NCBI GenBank assembly: GCA_050916045.1
Contig: CP051526.1
Location: 2,432,001-2,496,000, forward strand
DNA: 64,000 nt
From: Tepidisphaera sp.
Lineage (GTDB): Bacteria; Planctomycetota; Phycisphaerae; Phycisphaerales; UBA1924
Direction of reading: 5' to 3'
Shown here: piece by piece, positions 1-8,995 of the stretch
Numbering within the stretch: the stretch's first letter is position 1
Layout: each line of letters begins with the position of its first letter
The notes under the pieces: generated by a model
Seen by the model: only the letters and a program-made list of their open reading frames with translations
Told to the model about the DNA's origin: nothing
The model's database searches: none
Made by a program: the position numbers and the translations under genes

Positions 1-658
1 TCGCTTGCCTGGCGAGTGCATCCGCGTCGGTCGCCCCGCCGTGCGCAGAAATGTCGCTCGGACGGATCAGCACGTCGGGGCCGTGCCCGGGGTCGCCTCC
101 GCCCAGGATATCGTTGACCCAGACTTGCAACATCGTGTGCCAGTTGGACGGGTACGACATCGGGAAGTGCTGCTCGAAGTTGATCGTGATCACTTCGTCC
201 GGGTTGTTGTTGAGCCACTGGCGGATCTCGTACAGACCGTCCCACACGGTGTTCTGTGCGGAGCTGATGTTGCCGCCGGCGCAGGTGGTGTGCGACAGCC
301 AGAGCTGGTTGGGGTACACGATCGAGGCGTGCACATCCATGTCGATCGCACGAAGGCCCAGGTCGAGCTGTTCCCAGAGGGTGTAGGAGTGCTGCGAGTT
401 GGGGTAGATCGCTTCGCCGTAGGCTCCGGAGTTGAACGAGTTGTGAGAGCCCAGCAGCAGGGACTGATCCTGCCGCATGTCGGCCGCCAGTTCACGCTGA
501 AGTTTCATGGCGCGGTACTCGGTGCCAAGCCTCCACGCGGGGATGTCGACCTGCTGGGCGTGGGCCGCTCCGACCGCTCCGGCGATCATCGCGATCGCGG
601 CGAGACGGACACTCAAAGGCCGGGGGAATCTGTCAATGCTGGGTGAACGAGAGTGCAT
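1..658 (-). CDS. Secreted PI-PLC X-box-like phosphodiesterase (runs off the window edge; absent from the ORF track)
   Basis: Manual translation from ATG at 658, which has a GAGGAG SD. Signal-like segment LAAIAMIAGAVGAAHAQ, then LGSHNSFNS...QHSYTLWEQLDLGLRAIDMDVH...LWLSH...WLNNNPDEVITINFE, the pattern of the PI-PLC catalytic X domain. Confidence 0.75.
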   Translation of the reverse strand, partial: MHSRSPSIDRFPRPLSVRLAAIAMIAGAVGAAHAQQVDIPAWRLGTEYRAMKLQRELAADMRQDQSLLLGSHNSFNSGAYGEAIYPNSQHSYTLWEQLDLGLRAIDMDVHASIVYPNQLWLSHTTCAGGNISSAQNTVWDGLYEIRQWLNNNPDEVITINFEQHFPMSYPSNWHTMLQVWVNDILGGGDPGHGPDVLIRPSDISAHGGATDADALARQA

Positions 659-703
659 GGTGCGCTCCTCGATGAATGGTGCGGGGTGTAGGGCTGGCGA
701 CGA

Positions 704-2131
704 TTACTGCAGGGTGACGAGGACGAGCACGAGGCCTTTGCCGCTTTCCAGCTTGCTCATGGCCTTGCCGAGGGTGGCGCCGCTGCCCTTGGTGTGATCG
801 GAGACTTTCATCGCGTGTCCGGGCGTCGAGGACGTGGTGAGCAGGTCACCGGCAGAGACCGCGCCGCCCGCGTCCGCGTCGACATAGCACCAGACGCGAC
901 CAGCGTTCGCGATGGGGTGCTCGCCGTCGGCAACCGTGCCCTTCTGGCCCAGGACGAGCCCGGGAGCGATGCCATCCGCACCGCTGATGATCCCGGCGAC
1001 CGTGCGGTCGTACGTGCCCGACGCGATCCGAAGCTTGCCGACGCGATCCGGATCGATGCTGACGACCATCCCGGGCATGGGCTTGACGTCGCCAGCCGGC
1101 GCGACATCGTACGACTCAGCCAGATCGGCCCCGCCCTCGATGATGATCACCTTCGCCCGGATGTTGCCGTTCACGTGCAGTTTCTCGGTCGGATCGATCG
1201 TGCCGATGCCCACGTTGCCAGCCCCGGCGTCCACGTTGAAGAGCAGGTGCTTGCGACCGCCGCGGGAGTTCATGTAGATGTCGCTGTTGCCGATGAGGTC
1301 GATGGCCGCTCCCGACACAATGTCGAAGGTGCGAGCCGGGTTGGCCGTGAAATCGCTCGCGTATCGGAGCGTTCCCACCGAGGTCATGCCGGCCGCCAGG
1401 AACGTTCCGCCCACGCTCGCGCTTCCGTTCACCTCGAGCTTGCGCGTGGGATTGACAGTGCCGATCCCGACGTTGCCGTTGGTGTCGATGGTCATGCGCG
1501 GGACCTGGTCGGAGATCATCAGCTTGCCCGCGCCCTCGCCGTTGCTCGCCCCGGTCGAGATGAGGGCCCAAGCGTCGCCGCCCGCGGTGGAGTTGATCAA
1601 GGACAGGTAGGTCCCAAACGGGCTCGACCCGCGAAGGGCCAGCAGGCCGGTCTCGTTATCGCTGATGTCGAGCGTGTTGGTCGGGTTCGTGTTGCCGATC
1701 CCGACGTTGCCATTCCTGGTGATCACGTTCGGCATGGACAGCGCGTAGGGCGCGGGCTGCACGAGCTGACGCGGCGTGAGCCTCGTGACCCCGGACCCGG
1801 TATCCACACTCACCTCCAGATAGAGCTCGCGACCGTCGTAAATCGGAGCGTTGAGCACGTCCGTCTCGCCGAAGTCGACGAGCACGGTGAATTGACCGTT
1901 GGTGACCTGGACGTTGGTGTAGGTGGCCACATCTCGGGTGTTCAGCCCGGTCGCTTGCGTGCAAAGGGCGAAGTTCACCGTCGCCGTGCCGGTGTACGGC
2001 GTGCCGCTCCGCTCCAGGTATCCCTGGTAGGTGAACCGCTTGGAAACCACCGCCTGCGCCGCTGCGGTTTGGGTGGTGGCGTGGCCCATCAACATCATGG
2101 AAAGTGTCAGCACAAGGGTCGAAATCCGCAT
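704..2131 (-). CDS. Secreted fibre/adhesin-like protein with GNVGIG repeats and a C-terminal peptidase-G2/intramolecular-chaperone-like domain
   Basis: ATG at 2131 with AAGGAG SD. Signal peptide, then FTYQGYL N-domain, three GNVGIG repeats, and C-terminal GADLAE...AGRVWCYVDA...GDLLTTSSTPGHAMK...LGKAM. Confidence 0.7.
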   Translation of the reverse strand: MRISTLVLTLSMMLMGHATTQTAAAQAVVSKRFTYQGYLERSGTPYTGTATVNFALCTQATGLNTRDVATYTNVQVTNGQFTVLVDFGETDVLNAPIYDGRELYLEVSVDTGSGVTRLTPRQLVQPAPYALSMPNVITRNGNVGIGNTNPTNTLDISDNETGLLALRGSSPFGTYLSLINSTAGGDAWALISTGASNGEGAGKLMISDQVPRMTIDTNGNVGIGTVNPTRKLEVNGSASVGGTFLAAGMTSVGTLRYASDFTANPARTFDIVSGAAIDLIGNSDIYMNSRGGRKHLLFNVDAGAGNVGIGTIDPTEKLHVNGNIRAKVIIIEGGADLAESYDVAPAGDVKPMPGMVVSIDPDRVGKLRIASGTYDRTVAGIISGADGIAPGLVLGQKGTVADGEHPIANAGRVWCYVDADAGGAVSAGDLLTTSSTPGHAMKVSDHTKGSGATLGKAMSKLESGKGLVLVLVTLQ

Positions 2132-2346
2132 GGTGGGTCTCCTTTTCAAATCGGTGTCACGGTTGGTCGCGGTCCAGTTGATTCGGGCCGCCGCGCCGCG
2201 ATCCCTGCGGTCGCACGGGGGCGCGGTCCCACCTTTCCACACGCCTTCCGCGCGCGGCAGCCTTGATGGAACCACAAAACCGCGAAATTCTCGTGACCCG
2301 CGGGCTCATCACCACCCCCCTAGACGGGCGATATAGTCCGTGCCGC

Positions 2347-2916
2347 ATGGAACTTCCAGACGCCAAACCGAGCGGGATCTTGCCCGACCCCCCTCCTCCG
2401 GGGGAAGCCGAGGCCGTCGATCGCATGCTGCCGCTGGTCTATGACGAGCTGCGTCGCATCGCGGCGGGGCTGCTCCGGCACCGCTCACCCGTCAGTCTTC
2501 AGCCCACCGCGCTGGTTCACGAAGCGTTCCTGCGCGTCGCTGTAGATTGCAAGGGCGAGTGGAATGATGAGGGGCACTTCCGGTCCATCGCGTCCATCGC
2601 CATGCGCCGCGTGCTCGCCGACCATGTTCGCAACCGCTCAAGCCTCAAGCGGGGCGGTGGCAGGCGTCCGCTCACGCTCGACGTCAACGCCCTCGGCACC
2701 GACGAACGCCACGGAGCGGCCGAACTTGACGCCGCGCTCGAAGAACTGGAACGGTCCAGCCCGCGCGTCGCCCGGCTGGTCATCTACCGATTCTTCGGCG
2801 ATCTCAGTGTCGCCCAGGCGGCGGAGCGATTGGGCATCTCCCTTTCCACCGCTGAGACCGATTGGCGTTTCGCCCGGGCTTGGTTCAAGCAGCGTCTGGC
2901 GGGGTCCGGCGCGTGA
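2347..2916 (+). CDS. Planctomycete-type ECF sigma factor
   Basis: LPLVYDELRRIAA...LQPTALVHEAFLR...AMRRVLADHVR...KRGGG...DWRFARAW. GTGA overlap with the downstream kinase. Confidence 0.92.
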   Translation: MELPDAKPSGILPDPPPPGEAEAVDRMLPLVYDELRRIAAGLLRHRSPVSLQPTALVHEAFLRVAVDCKGEWNDEGHFRSIASIAMRRVLADHVRNRSSLKRGGGRRPLTLDVNALGTDERHGAAELDAALEELERSSPRVARLVIYRFFGDLSVAQAAERLGISLSTAETDWRFARAWFKQRLAGSGA

Positions 2917-5900
2917 GCGAACCGCACGCGGACCGCCTGCATGAACTTTTCTCCGCTGCACTCCCGCTGCGAGAACCGGATCGCACTGCACTGCTCGACC
3001 GCGAATGCGCCGGCGATTCGCTGCTGCGAGAACGCGTCGAGCAACTTCTCGCCATCGACGCCGAACCTCTCGACGATGCGCACGACACAGCCCTCGGCGG
3101 TGTCCGCGGCGCGGAGTGGCTTGCTTCCGATCTGGCGGGCGACGACGCCCTCGCCGAGCCCATGCCCGATCGCATCGGACGCTTTCAGATCATCCGCGAA
3201 ATCGGCCGCGGCGGGATGGGCATCGTCTACGAAGCCCGGCAGCTCGATCCGGACCGGCGCGTCGCGTTGAAGGTCATCCATCCCGGCATGATCGGGCGGG
3301 GGCTCATCCGTCGCTTTCGGCAGGAAACCCGCGCGATGGCGCAGTTGCTCCACCCCGGCATCGCGCAGATCTACGAAGCCGGCACCAGCGCCGACGGCGA
3401 GGGCGGCGCGATCCGACCCTACTTCGCCATGGAATTGGTCGAGGGGCCGACGCTCCTTCGTTACGCAGCCTCTGAGAACATCGACGTTCGCGCAAGGCTC
3501 GAACTCGTCGCCCGCGTGTGCGACGCCCTGCACCACGCGCACCAGAAGGGCGTGATCCACCGCGACCTCAAGCCCGACAACATCCTCGTGCACACCGCCC
3601 CGCGTGCGGTCGAAGAACGCGCGGGCGTCCTCCTCCCCGCGGTGCAGCCCAAGATCCTCGACTTCGGCGTGGCCCGACTCGCCGAAGAGCAAGAGCCCGG
3701 CACGCTGCAAACACAATCCGGGCAGATCGTCGGCACCATCCCGTATCTCAGCCCCGAGCAGGCCGAGGGCGAGTCCGCTCTGGCTGACATCCGGAGCGAC
3801 GTGTATTCGATGGGCGTGGTCGCGTTTGAGCTGTTGTCGGGCTCGCTGCCGTTCGATACCGCCGGACGAACACTCCGCAGCGCGACCCGCATCATCCTGA
3901 ACGAGCCCCCCAAACGCCTGGGCCTCGCCGCGACAAAGTTGGCCGGCGACATCGAGACCATCATCCACAAAGCGATGGACCGCGACGCGGACCGTCGCTA
4001 CCAGTCCGCCGCGGACATGGCCGCCGATATCCGGTGCTACCTGGGGCACGAACCGATCTCTGCCCGCCCCCCCACCACCGCCTACGTGCTCCGCAAGTTC
4101 GTCGAGCGGAACCGCGCCCTCGCGTTTGTCGGCACCTCCGCCGCTGTCCTCATCATCGGCGCGCTCGTCATCGTGTCGCTGCTCTGGGCGAACGCACGCC
4201 GCGCCGAGGACCAAGCCGTGTGGCAGCGGTACCGCTCAGCGATGTCCGCCGCTTCTTTCGCGCTCTCGAAGGGCGAGATCGGCATCGCCCGTCGTCATCT
4301 GGATTCGACCGCGCCCCGTTTCCGAGGCTGGGAGTATCGCCACTTCCTCTCGCGCCTCGACCAGAGCACCAGTCTCGCCACGCCGAAGGTGCCCGCCCCC
4401 TTCATGATCGTCCCGACGACCGAGTCGGGCAAGCCATCCCTCGTCTTCGTCGGATCCGCCGGGACCGCGTCGACCGCGCGGGCCGACCACGAGCGCTCGC
4501 CCGCGGTTGTGATCGACCCCAAGTTCACGCTCTGGTACACCGCCCGTGCCTCCCGCGCCACGCATTCCATCAACGGCATCGGGCCGGTCTTCTACACACC
4601 CGACACCGAAACCGGCCAGCCCATCGAGCACCGCATCGCTGACTGGCCTTTCGACGAACAGACGGTCTTCGACAACCCCGTCCTGTCCGACGACGGACGC
4701 CTCCTCGCCCTCCTCCATCGCCCGCAGACCGGGTCGTGCATCGTTCTGGTCGATCTCGTCGCCGATCGCGTCCGCCTTATTCATCTCAGCCAGGGCGTGC
4801 TCCCGCTCCGTGTGGCGATCTCCGGAGATGGTCGGCGAGCCGCCATCTCCACAGGATTCAACCAGCCGCGCCCTCCTTTCGCCCAGGTCTTCGACACCCT
4901 TACGGGCGAGGTCACGTCGACCGCGACCGATCTGCCGAGCGAGCCGCGATCGCTCCTCCTGGACGCCGACGGCTCTCGGTTGATCGCGGCGTTTCACGGC
5001 GGCCCGATCGGCTCGTGGGACATCAAGAGCGATCCGGCCCGCATGCTCGTCCTTCGCCCCTACGAGTTCGACAGCATCGAGAACCTGAATTTCAACGCTG
5101 ACCAGACGCTCCTCGCCGCTGGGAACATCGAGGGCGTCGTCCGCGTCTTCGACGCCGCCACGCTCGAGAACACCCTTTCTCATATCGGCCACGAGTCCGA
5201 GATCCACGACGTGCGCTTTCTCCCCGCACCGGACACCGGCCTCATCAGCGCGGGCCGCGACGGCACCGTCCGCCGCTGGGCACTCGGCCCGACTGTCGAA
5301 CGCCCCATGATCATGAAGGGACCCACGCACCTCGTGCACGCGCTCGCGGTCGCCTCCGCCGGCCGATTCGTCGTCACGGGCAGCTGGGACAAGTCCATCC
5401 GCCTCTTCAGCCTCGACGACGGGCGAGAACTCGCTCGGATGGAGGCGGGCACGTTCGTTCAGGCGCTCGCCCTCTCCCCCGACGAGCGCACCATCGTCAC
5501 CCGCGAGTTTGATGGCGACACCCGCCTCTTTGATCTCGACTCCAAAGCCCAGATCGCCCTCCTCGATCGCAAGACCTGTACGCTCGACCAACCGCTTTTC
5601 TCCACGGACTCCAACCGTGTCCTCTTCGACTTCGACCCCGCCGCCCGGACCGCGACCTTCTGGGACATTCCCACGAAGGCGTGGTCGACCGTTCCGAGCG
5701 CCGAGATCGCCTCTGTCCGCGGCTCGACCGTCAATCCCACCGCGGGTGTCATCGCCCGCTCCGAATCACGTGACCGCTGGTTCGGCACTGTCCTGTACGA
5801 CTACCGCACCGGTCAGGAGCTGCTCGCCATCCCCGCCCGCCGAACCGCCAACGAGTCCATCGCGTTTTCACCCGACGGCCGGTTCGTCGCTGCTCCCGAT

Positions 5901-6215
5901 GATGACCACCGCATCCAGGTCTACGAGCTCCTCTCGGGGAAGCGGACCAGCACCTACACAGGTCACGCTCGCGAAGTGCTCGCCCTGGTCTTCAGCCCCG
6001 ACGGCTCTCGACTCTTCAGCGCCGACTACACCGGCACCATCTGGGTCTGGGACACCCGCACGTGCGAAGAACTCACCCAGCTCCGAAGCCATACCGAGCA
6101 TGTGCGCCGCCTGGCCATCTCCAAAGATGGCTCGACGCTCGTCTCCGGCTCGCGCGACGGGACCGCCCGGGTCTGGATCGCGCCCGGTGCCGAGCCACAC
6201 ATGACGCCGCGTTGA
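2913..6215 (+). CDS. Membrane Ser/Thr protein kinase with C-terminal WD40 repeats
   Basis: GRGGMG, VALK, HRDLKPDN, DFG and YLSPEQ motifs, one TM helix, then WD40 repeats (GH...SAGRDGTVRRW; SGSRDGTARVW). GTG start overlaps the sigma stop codon. Confidence 0.95.
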   Translation: MSEPHADRLHELFSAALPLREPDRTALLDRECAGDSLLRERVEQLLAIDAEPLDDAHDTALGGVRGAEWLASDLAGDDALAEPMPDRIGRFQIIREIGRGGMGIVYEARQLDPDRRVALKVIHPGMIGRGLIRRFRQETRAMAQLLHPGIAQIYEAGTSADGEGGAIRPYFAMELVEGPTLLRYAASENIDVRARLELVARVCDALHHAHQKGVIHRDLKPDNILVHTAPRAVEERAGVLLPAVQPKILDFGVARLAEEQEPGTLQTQSGQIVGTIPYLSPEQAEGESALADIRSDVYSMGVVAFELLSGSLPFDTAGRTLRSATRIILNEPPKRLGLAATKLAGDIETIIHKAMDRDADRRYQSAADMAADIRCYLGHEPISARPPTTAYVLRKFVERNRALAFVGTSAAVLIIGALVIVSLLWANARRAEDQAVWQRYRSAMSAASFALSKGEIGIARRHLDSTAPRFRGWEYRHFLSRLDQSTSLATPKVPAPFMIVPTTESGKPSLVFVGSAGTASTARADHERSPAVVIDPKFTLWYTARASRATHSINGIGPVFYTPDTETGQPIEHRIADWPFDEQTVFDNPVLSDDGRLLALLHRPQTGSCIVLVDLVADRVRLIHLSQGVLPLRVAISGDGRRAAISTGFNQPRPPFAQVFDTLTGEVTSTATDLPSEPRSLLLDADGSRLIAAFHGGPIGSWDIKSDPARMLVLRPYEFDSIENLNFNADQTLLAAGNIEGVVRVFDAATLENTLSHIGHESEIHDVRFLPAPDTGLISAGRDGTVRRWALGPTVERPMIMKGPTHLVHALAVASAGRFVVTGSWDKSIRLFSLDDGRELARMEAGTFVQALALSPDERTIVTREFDGDTRLFDLDSKAQIALLDRKTCTLDQPLFSTDSNRVLFDFDPAARTATFWDIPTKAWSTVPSAEIASVRGSTVNPTAGVIARSESRDRWFGTVLYDYRTGQELLAIPARRTANESIAFSPDGRFVAAPDDDHRIQVYELLSGKRTSTYTGHAREVLALVFSPDGSRLFSADYTGTIWVWDTRTCEELTQLRSHTEHVRRLAISKDGSTLVSGSRDGTARVWIAPGAEPHMTPR

Positions 6216-6341
6216 TTCCGCCTGTGACAACCCGGGCGCGCGACGCAGCACGCACCGGCTATTCGCCGGGCTGAGAAAGTCGTCGCGTTCGTGCCGGTCG
6301 GGAGCGCCCGGTGTTCCCCACGTTTGCGAGCCCAGTCCTCA

Positions 6342-6743
6342 TCAATCTCTTTTACGCGATCGGGCCTGTTCCTCCACAGCGGCCCGTCCAGCACCCTTGA
6401 GCGCCCGTGTGGCGAGGTAGTGCACCCGGCGAACCGTCGCCCCCTCGGTCTCGACTCGACGCAGCGAGGCCTCGATCACGTCCAATTCCGCCTGGTCGAT
6501 GGTCGGTCGTGGCGTTCCTTCAGCGAAAGCATTCTCTCTCTGTTCCGCGACCAAGAGAACCTTGCCCGCGTTGCGGATCGCCTCGACCTCTTTGAGCCAC
6601 GGATCGTCGGGACGGCAGATCGAAGCCCAGCCGGCGGCCGCACTTTCGAGGACGGGCATTGCTTCCGCGTTTCGAGAGACTTGGAGAAGCCAGATCCCCT
6701 CGAGAAATCGCCAGTTCAGATAGTTGACGCTGTCGTGGGGCAC
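6342..6743 (-). pseudogene. Helical/TPR-like C-terminal gene fragment
   Basis: The ORF (..RNAEAMPVLESAAAGWASICRPDDPW..) resembles the TPR tail of planctomycete kinases. It has no convincing start and sits among other remnants. Confidence 0.35.
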
Positions 6744-6849
6744 ACCGATCTGATTGCGTTTAGCCTCGTCGATGCGGACCTTCCAAAGCTCATCGCTGAC
6801 GCCGGAATCCGCGGGCCGCTACGACCAGGCCGCCGACCACGCCCGGACG

Positions 6850-7259
6850 GCGTTGCAGATCCATCCCGGCCACATCGCAAGCCTCCAACAACTCGCCCGC
6901 CAGCAGGCTCAGGTGGATGCGAAGTTGAAGACGCTGCTAGATCTTCGTGTCGAGGGGGAGATCACGCAGGAGGAATACGCCGTCAAGAGGCGAGAATTCC
7001 ACGAAAGACAGACCGCCATTCGACTCCAATTGGAGGTCTCAGACCGGGATGATCGTGAAATCGCCGAGAAGGCGGTCAAAGCGTTTGAACTGTCACAAAC
7101 GCTCAAAACACGCTGGGAAACCGCGGATCCAGCCTCGAAACGGACGATCCTCGAAACACTGTGCGAAAGCGTGCGTTTGAACCAGAAAAAGTGCTGTTTT
7201 TAGCCCGACAACCGTTTAATCTGCTCTCAAATGCCCACTTTTCACAAACAAGTGGGTAG
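6850..7259 (+). pseudogene. C-terminal remnant of a large serine recombinase (frameshifted)
   Basis: Coiled coil LLDLRVEGEITQEEYAVKRREF...KRTILETLCESVRLN. After a frameshift near the A-run at ~7186-7190 it continues KVLFLARQPFNLL...SG* with TAG at 7257-7259, inside the tRNA 3' end. No catalytic domain is present. Confidence 0.65.
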
Positions 7260-7324
7260 ACCCGGACTTGAACCGGGAACCCCAGCATTTTCAATGCTGT
7301 GCTCTACCATTGAGCTATCTACCC
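7253..7324 (-). tRNA. tRNA-Phe(GAA), CCA not encoded
   Basis: Cloverleaf: acceptor stem GGGTAGA/TCTACCC, anticodon arm CAGCA-TTGAAAA-TGCTG, T arm CCCGG-TTCAAGT-CCGGG. Confidence 0.95.
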
Positions 7325-7521
7325 GAAGGAGGCGAGGGCCCTGCTTCGATCGTCGATGGCAAGCCATCGGCGGTTCACGGGGGTGCCGTGAGGGGGAAGG
7401 GTAACGGGCTGACGGGCGGGGTCAACTCCCGGGGGGGAGGGAGGTTTATCCGGGGTGGGAGGAAGGCGGAGGGCCGAGTCACGGCACTCGTGAGCCGTGC
7501 CACCAGCAGCCGCGCCGCGGA

Positions 7522-8955
7522 CTACGCCAAGAGGGGCTTGAAGAGGTTGCCGTGGACGTCGGTCAGGCGGAAGTCGCGGCCCTGGGAGCGGTAGGTGAGC
7601 TTGGTGTGTTCGAGGCCCATGAGGTGGAGGAGGGTGGCGTGGAGGTCGTGGACGTGGAGGGGGTCGGAGGCGACGTTGTAGCCGAGTTCATCAGTCTCGC
7701 CGATCGTCACGCCTTTCTTGATGCCGGCACCGGCGAACCACATGGTGAAGGCTTTGGCGTGGTGGTCGCGGCCGAGGAACGTTGAGCCGTTGCGGGCTTC
7801 GTTCATGGGGGTGCGGCCGAACTCTCCGCCCCAGACGACGATGGTGTCTTCGAGGAGGCCGCGCTGCTTGAGGTCGGTGACGAGGGCGGCGCAGGCCTGG
7901 TCGGTTTCGGCGCAGCGCTTCTTGAGCGAGGTCATGATGTCGTCGTCGGGGCTGGTGCCGTGGCTGTCCCATCCGCGGTGGTAGAGCTGGACGCAGCGGA
8001 CGCCGCGTTCGACGAGGCGGCGGGCGAGGAGGCAGTTGGTGGCGAAGCCGGGCTTGCCGCGCTCGATGCCGTAGAGGTCGAGGGTCTCCTGCTTTTCGGA
8101 GGAGATGTCCATGAGGTCGGGGACGGAGGTCTGCATGCGGAAGGCGAGCTCGTAGGCGGCGATGCGTGTGGCGATCTCGGGGTCCCCCACCATGTCGAGC
8201 CGTTTGCGGTTGAGGTCGCGGAGCGCGTCGAGACTCTTGCGGCGGGCGGCGGCGGAGATGCCTTCGGGGTCTTTGACAAAGAGGACGGGGTCGTGGGCGG
8301 TGCGGAGCTGGACGCCCTGGTGGGTGGTCGGGAGGAAACCGCTTGACCAGCAGGAGCAACCGCCGGAGGGTTGGCCGCCGCCGGAGAGCATGACGATGAA
8401 GCCGGGGAGGTCCTGGTTTTCGGTGCCCAGGCCGTAGGTGAGCCATGAGCCCATGCTGGGGCGGCCGACGCGGGCGAGGCCGGAGTTGATGAAGAGCTCG
8501 GCGGGGGCGTGGTTGAAGGCGTCGGTGACGCAGGTCTTGACGATGGCGAGGTCGTCGGCGATTTTGGCGGTGTGTGGGAGGAGCTCGCTGATGTGGGCTT
8601 TGGACTGCCCGTGGTGGGCGAACTTGTAGGGGGAGCCGAGGAGTTTGGGGGTGCCGCGGATGAACGCGAAGCGTTCCTTGGCGAGGAAGTCGGCGGGGCA
8701 GTCCTGGCCGTTGAGTTCGTTGAGTTTGGGCTTGTGGTCGAAGAGGTCGAGCTGCGACGGGGCGCCGTTCATGAAGAGGTAGATGATGCGCTTGGCTTTG
8801 GGGGCAAAGTGGGGCTTGGGGCCTGGCGCGTTCGCTGGTTGGGTGGCGAAAGCGGAGGCAGAGCCTGGCATCATGGAAGCGAGCGCGAGGGAGCCGAGGC
8901 CGACGCCGCAATCGCGGAAGAGCTGGCGGCGCGTGCGAAGGAGGAGGGGGTTCAT
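7522..8955 (-). CDS. DUF1501 family protein (Tat-like RR leader)
   Basis: TRRQLF leader; [59 protein letters not shown]. Confidence 0.92.
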   Translation of the reverse strand: MNPLLLRTRRQLFRDCGVGLGSLALASMMPGSASAFATQPANAPGPKPHFAPKAKRIIYLFMNGAPSQLDLFDHKPKLNELNGQDCPADFLAKERFAFIRGTPKLLGSPYKFAHHGQSKAHISELLPHTAKIADDLAIVKTCVTDAFNHAPAELFINSGLARVGRPSMGSWLTYGLGTENQDLPGFIVMLSGGGQPSGGCSCWSSGFLPTTHQGVQLRTAHDPVLFVKDPEGISAAARRKSLDALRDLNRKRLDMVGDPEIATRIAAYELAFRMQTSVPDLMDISSEKQETLDLYGIERGKPGFATNCLLARRLVERGVRCVQLYHRGWDSHGTSPDDDIMTSLKKRCAETDQACAALVTDLKQRGLLEDTIVVWGGEFGRTPMNEARNGSTFLGRDHHAKAFTMWFAGAGIKKGVTIGETDELGYNVASDPLHVHDLHATLLHLMGLEHTKLTYRSQGRDFRLTDVHGNLFKPLLA

Positions 8956-8995
8956 CGGTGGTCCTTCGAAGACGGGGTCGAGCGATTGAGAACGG

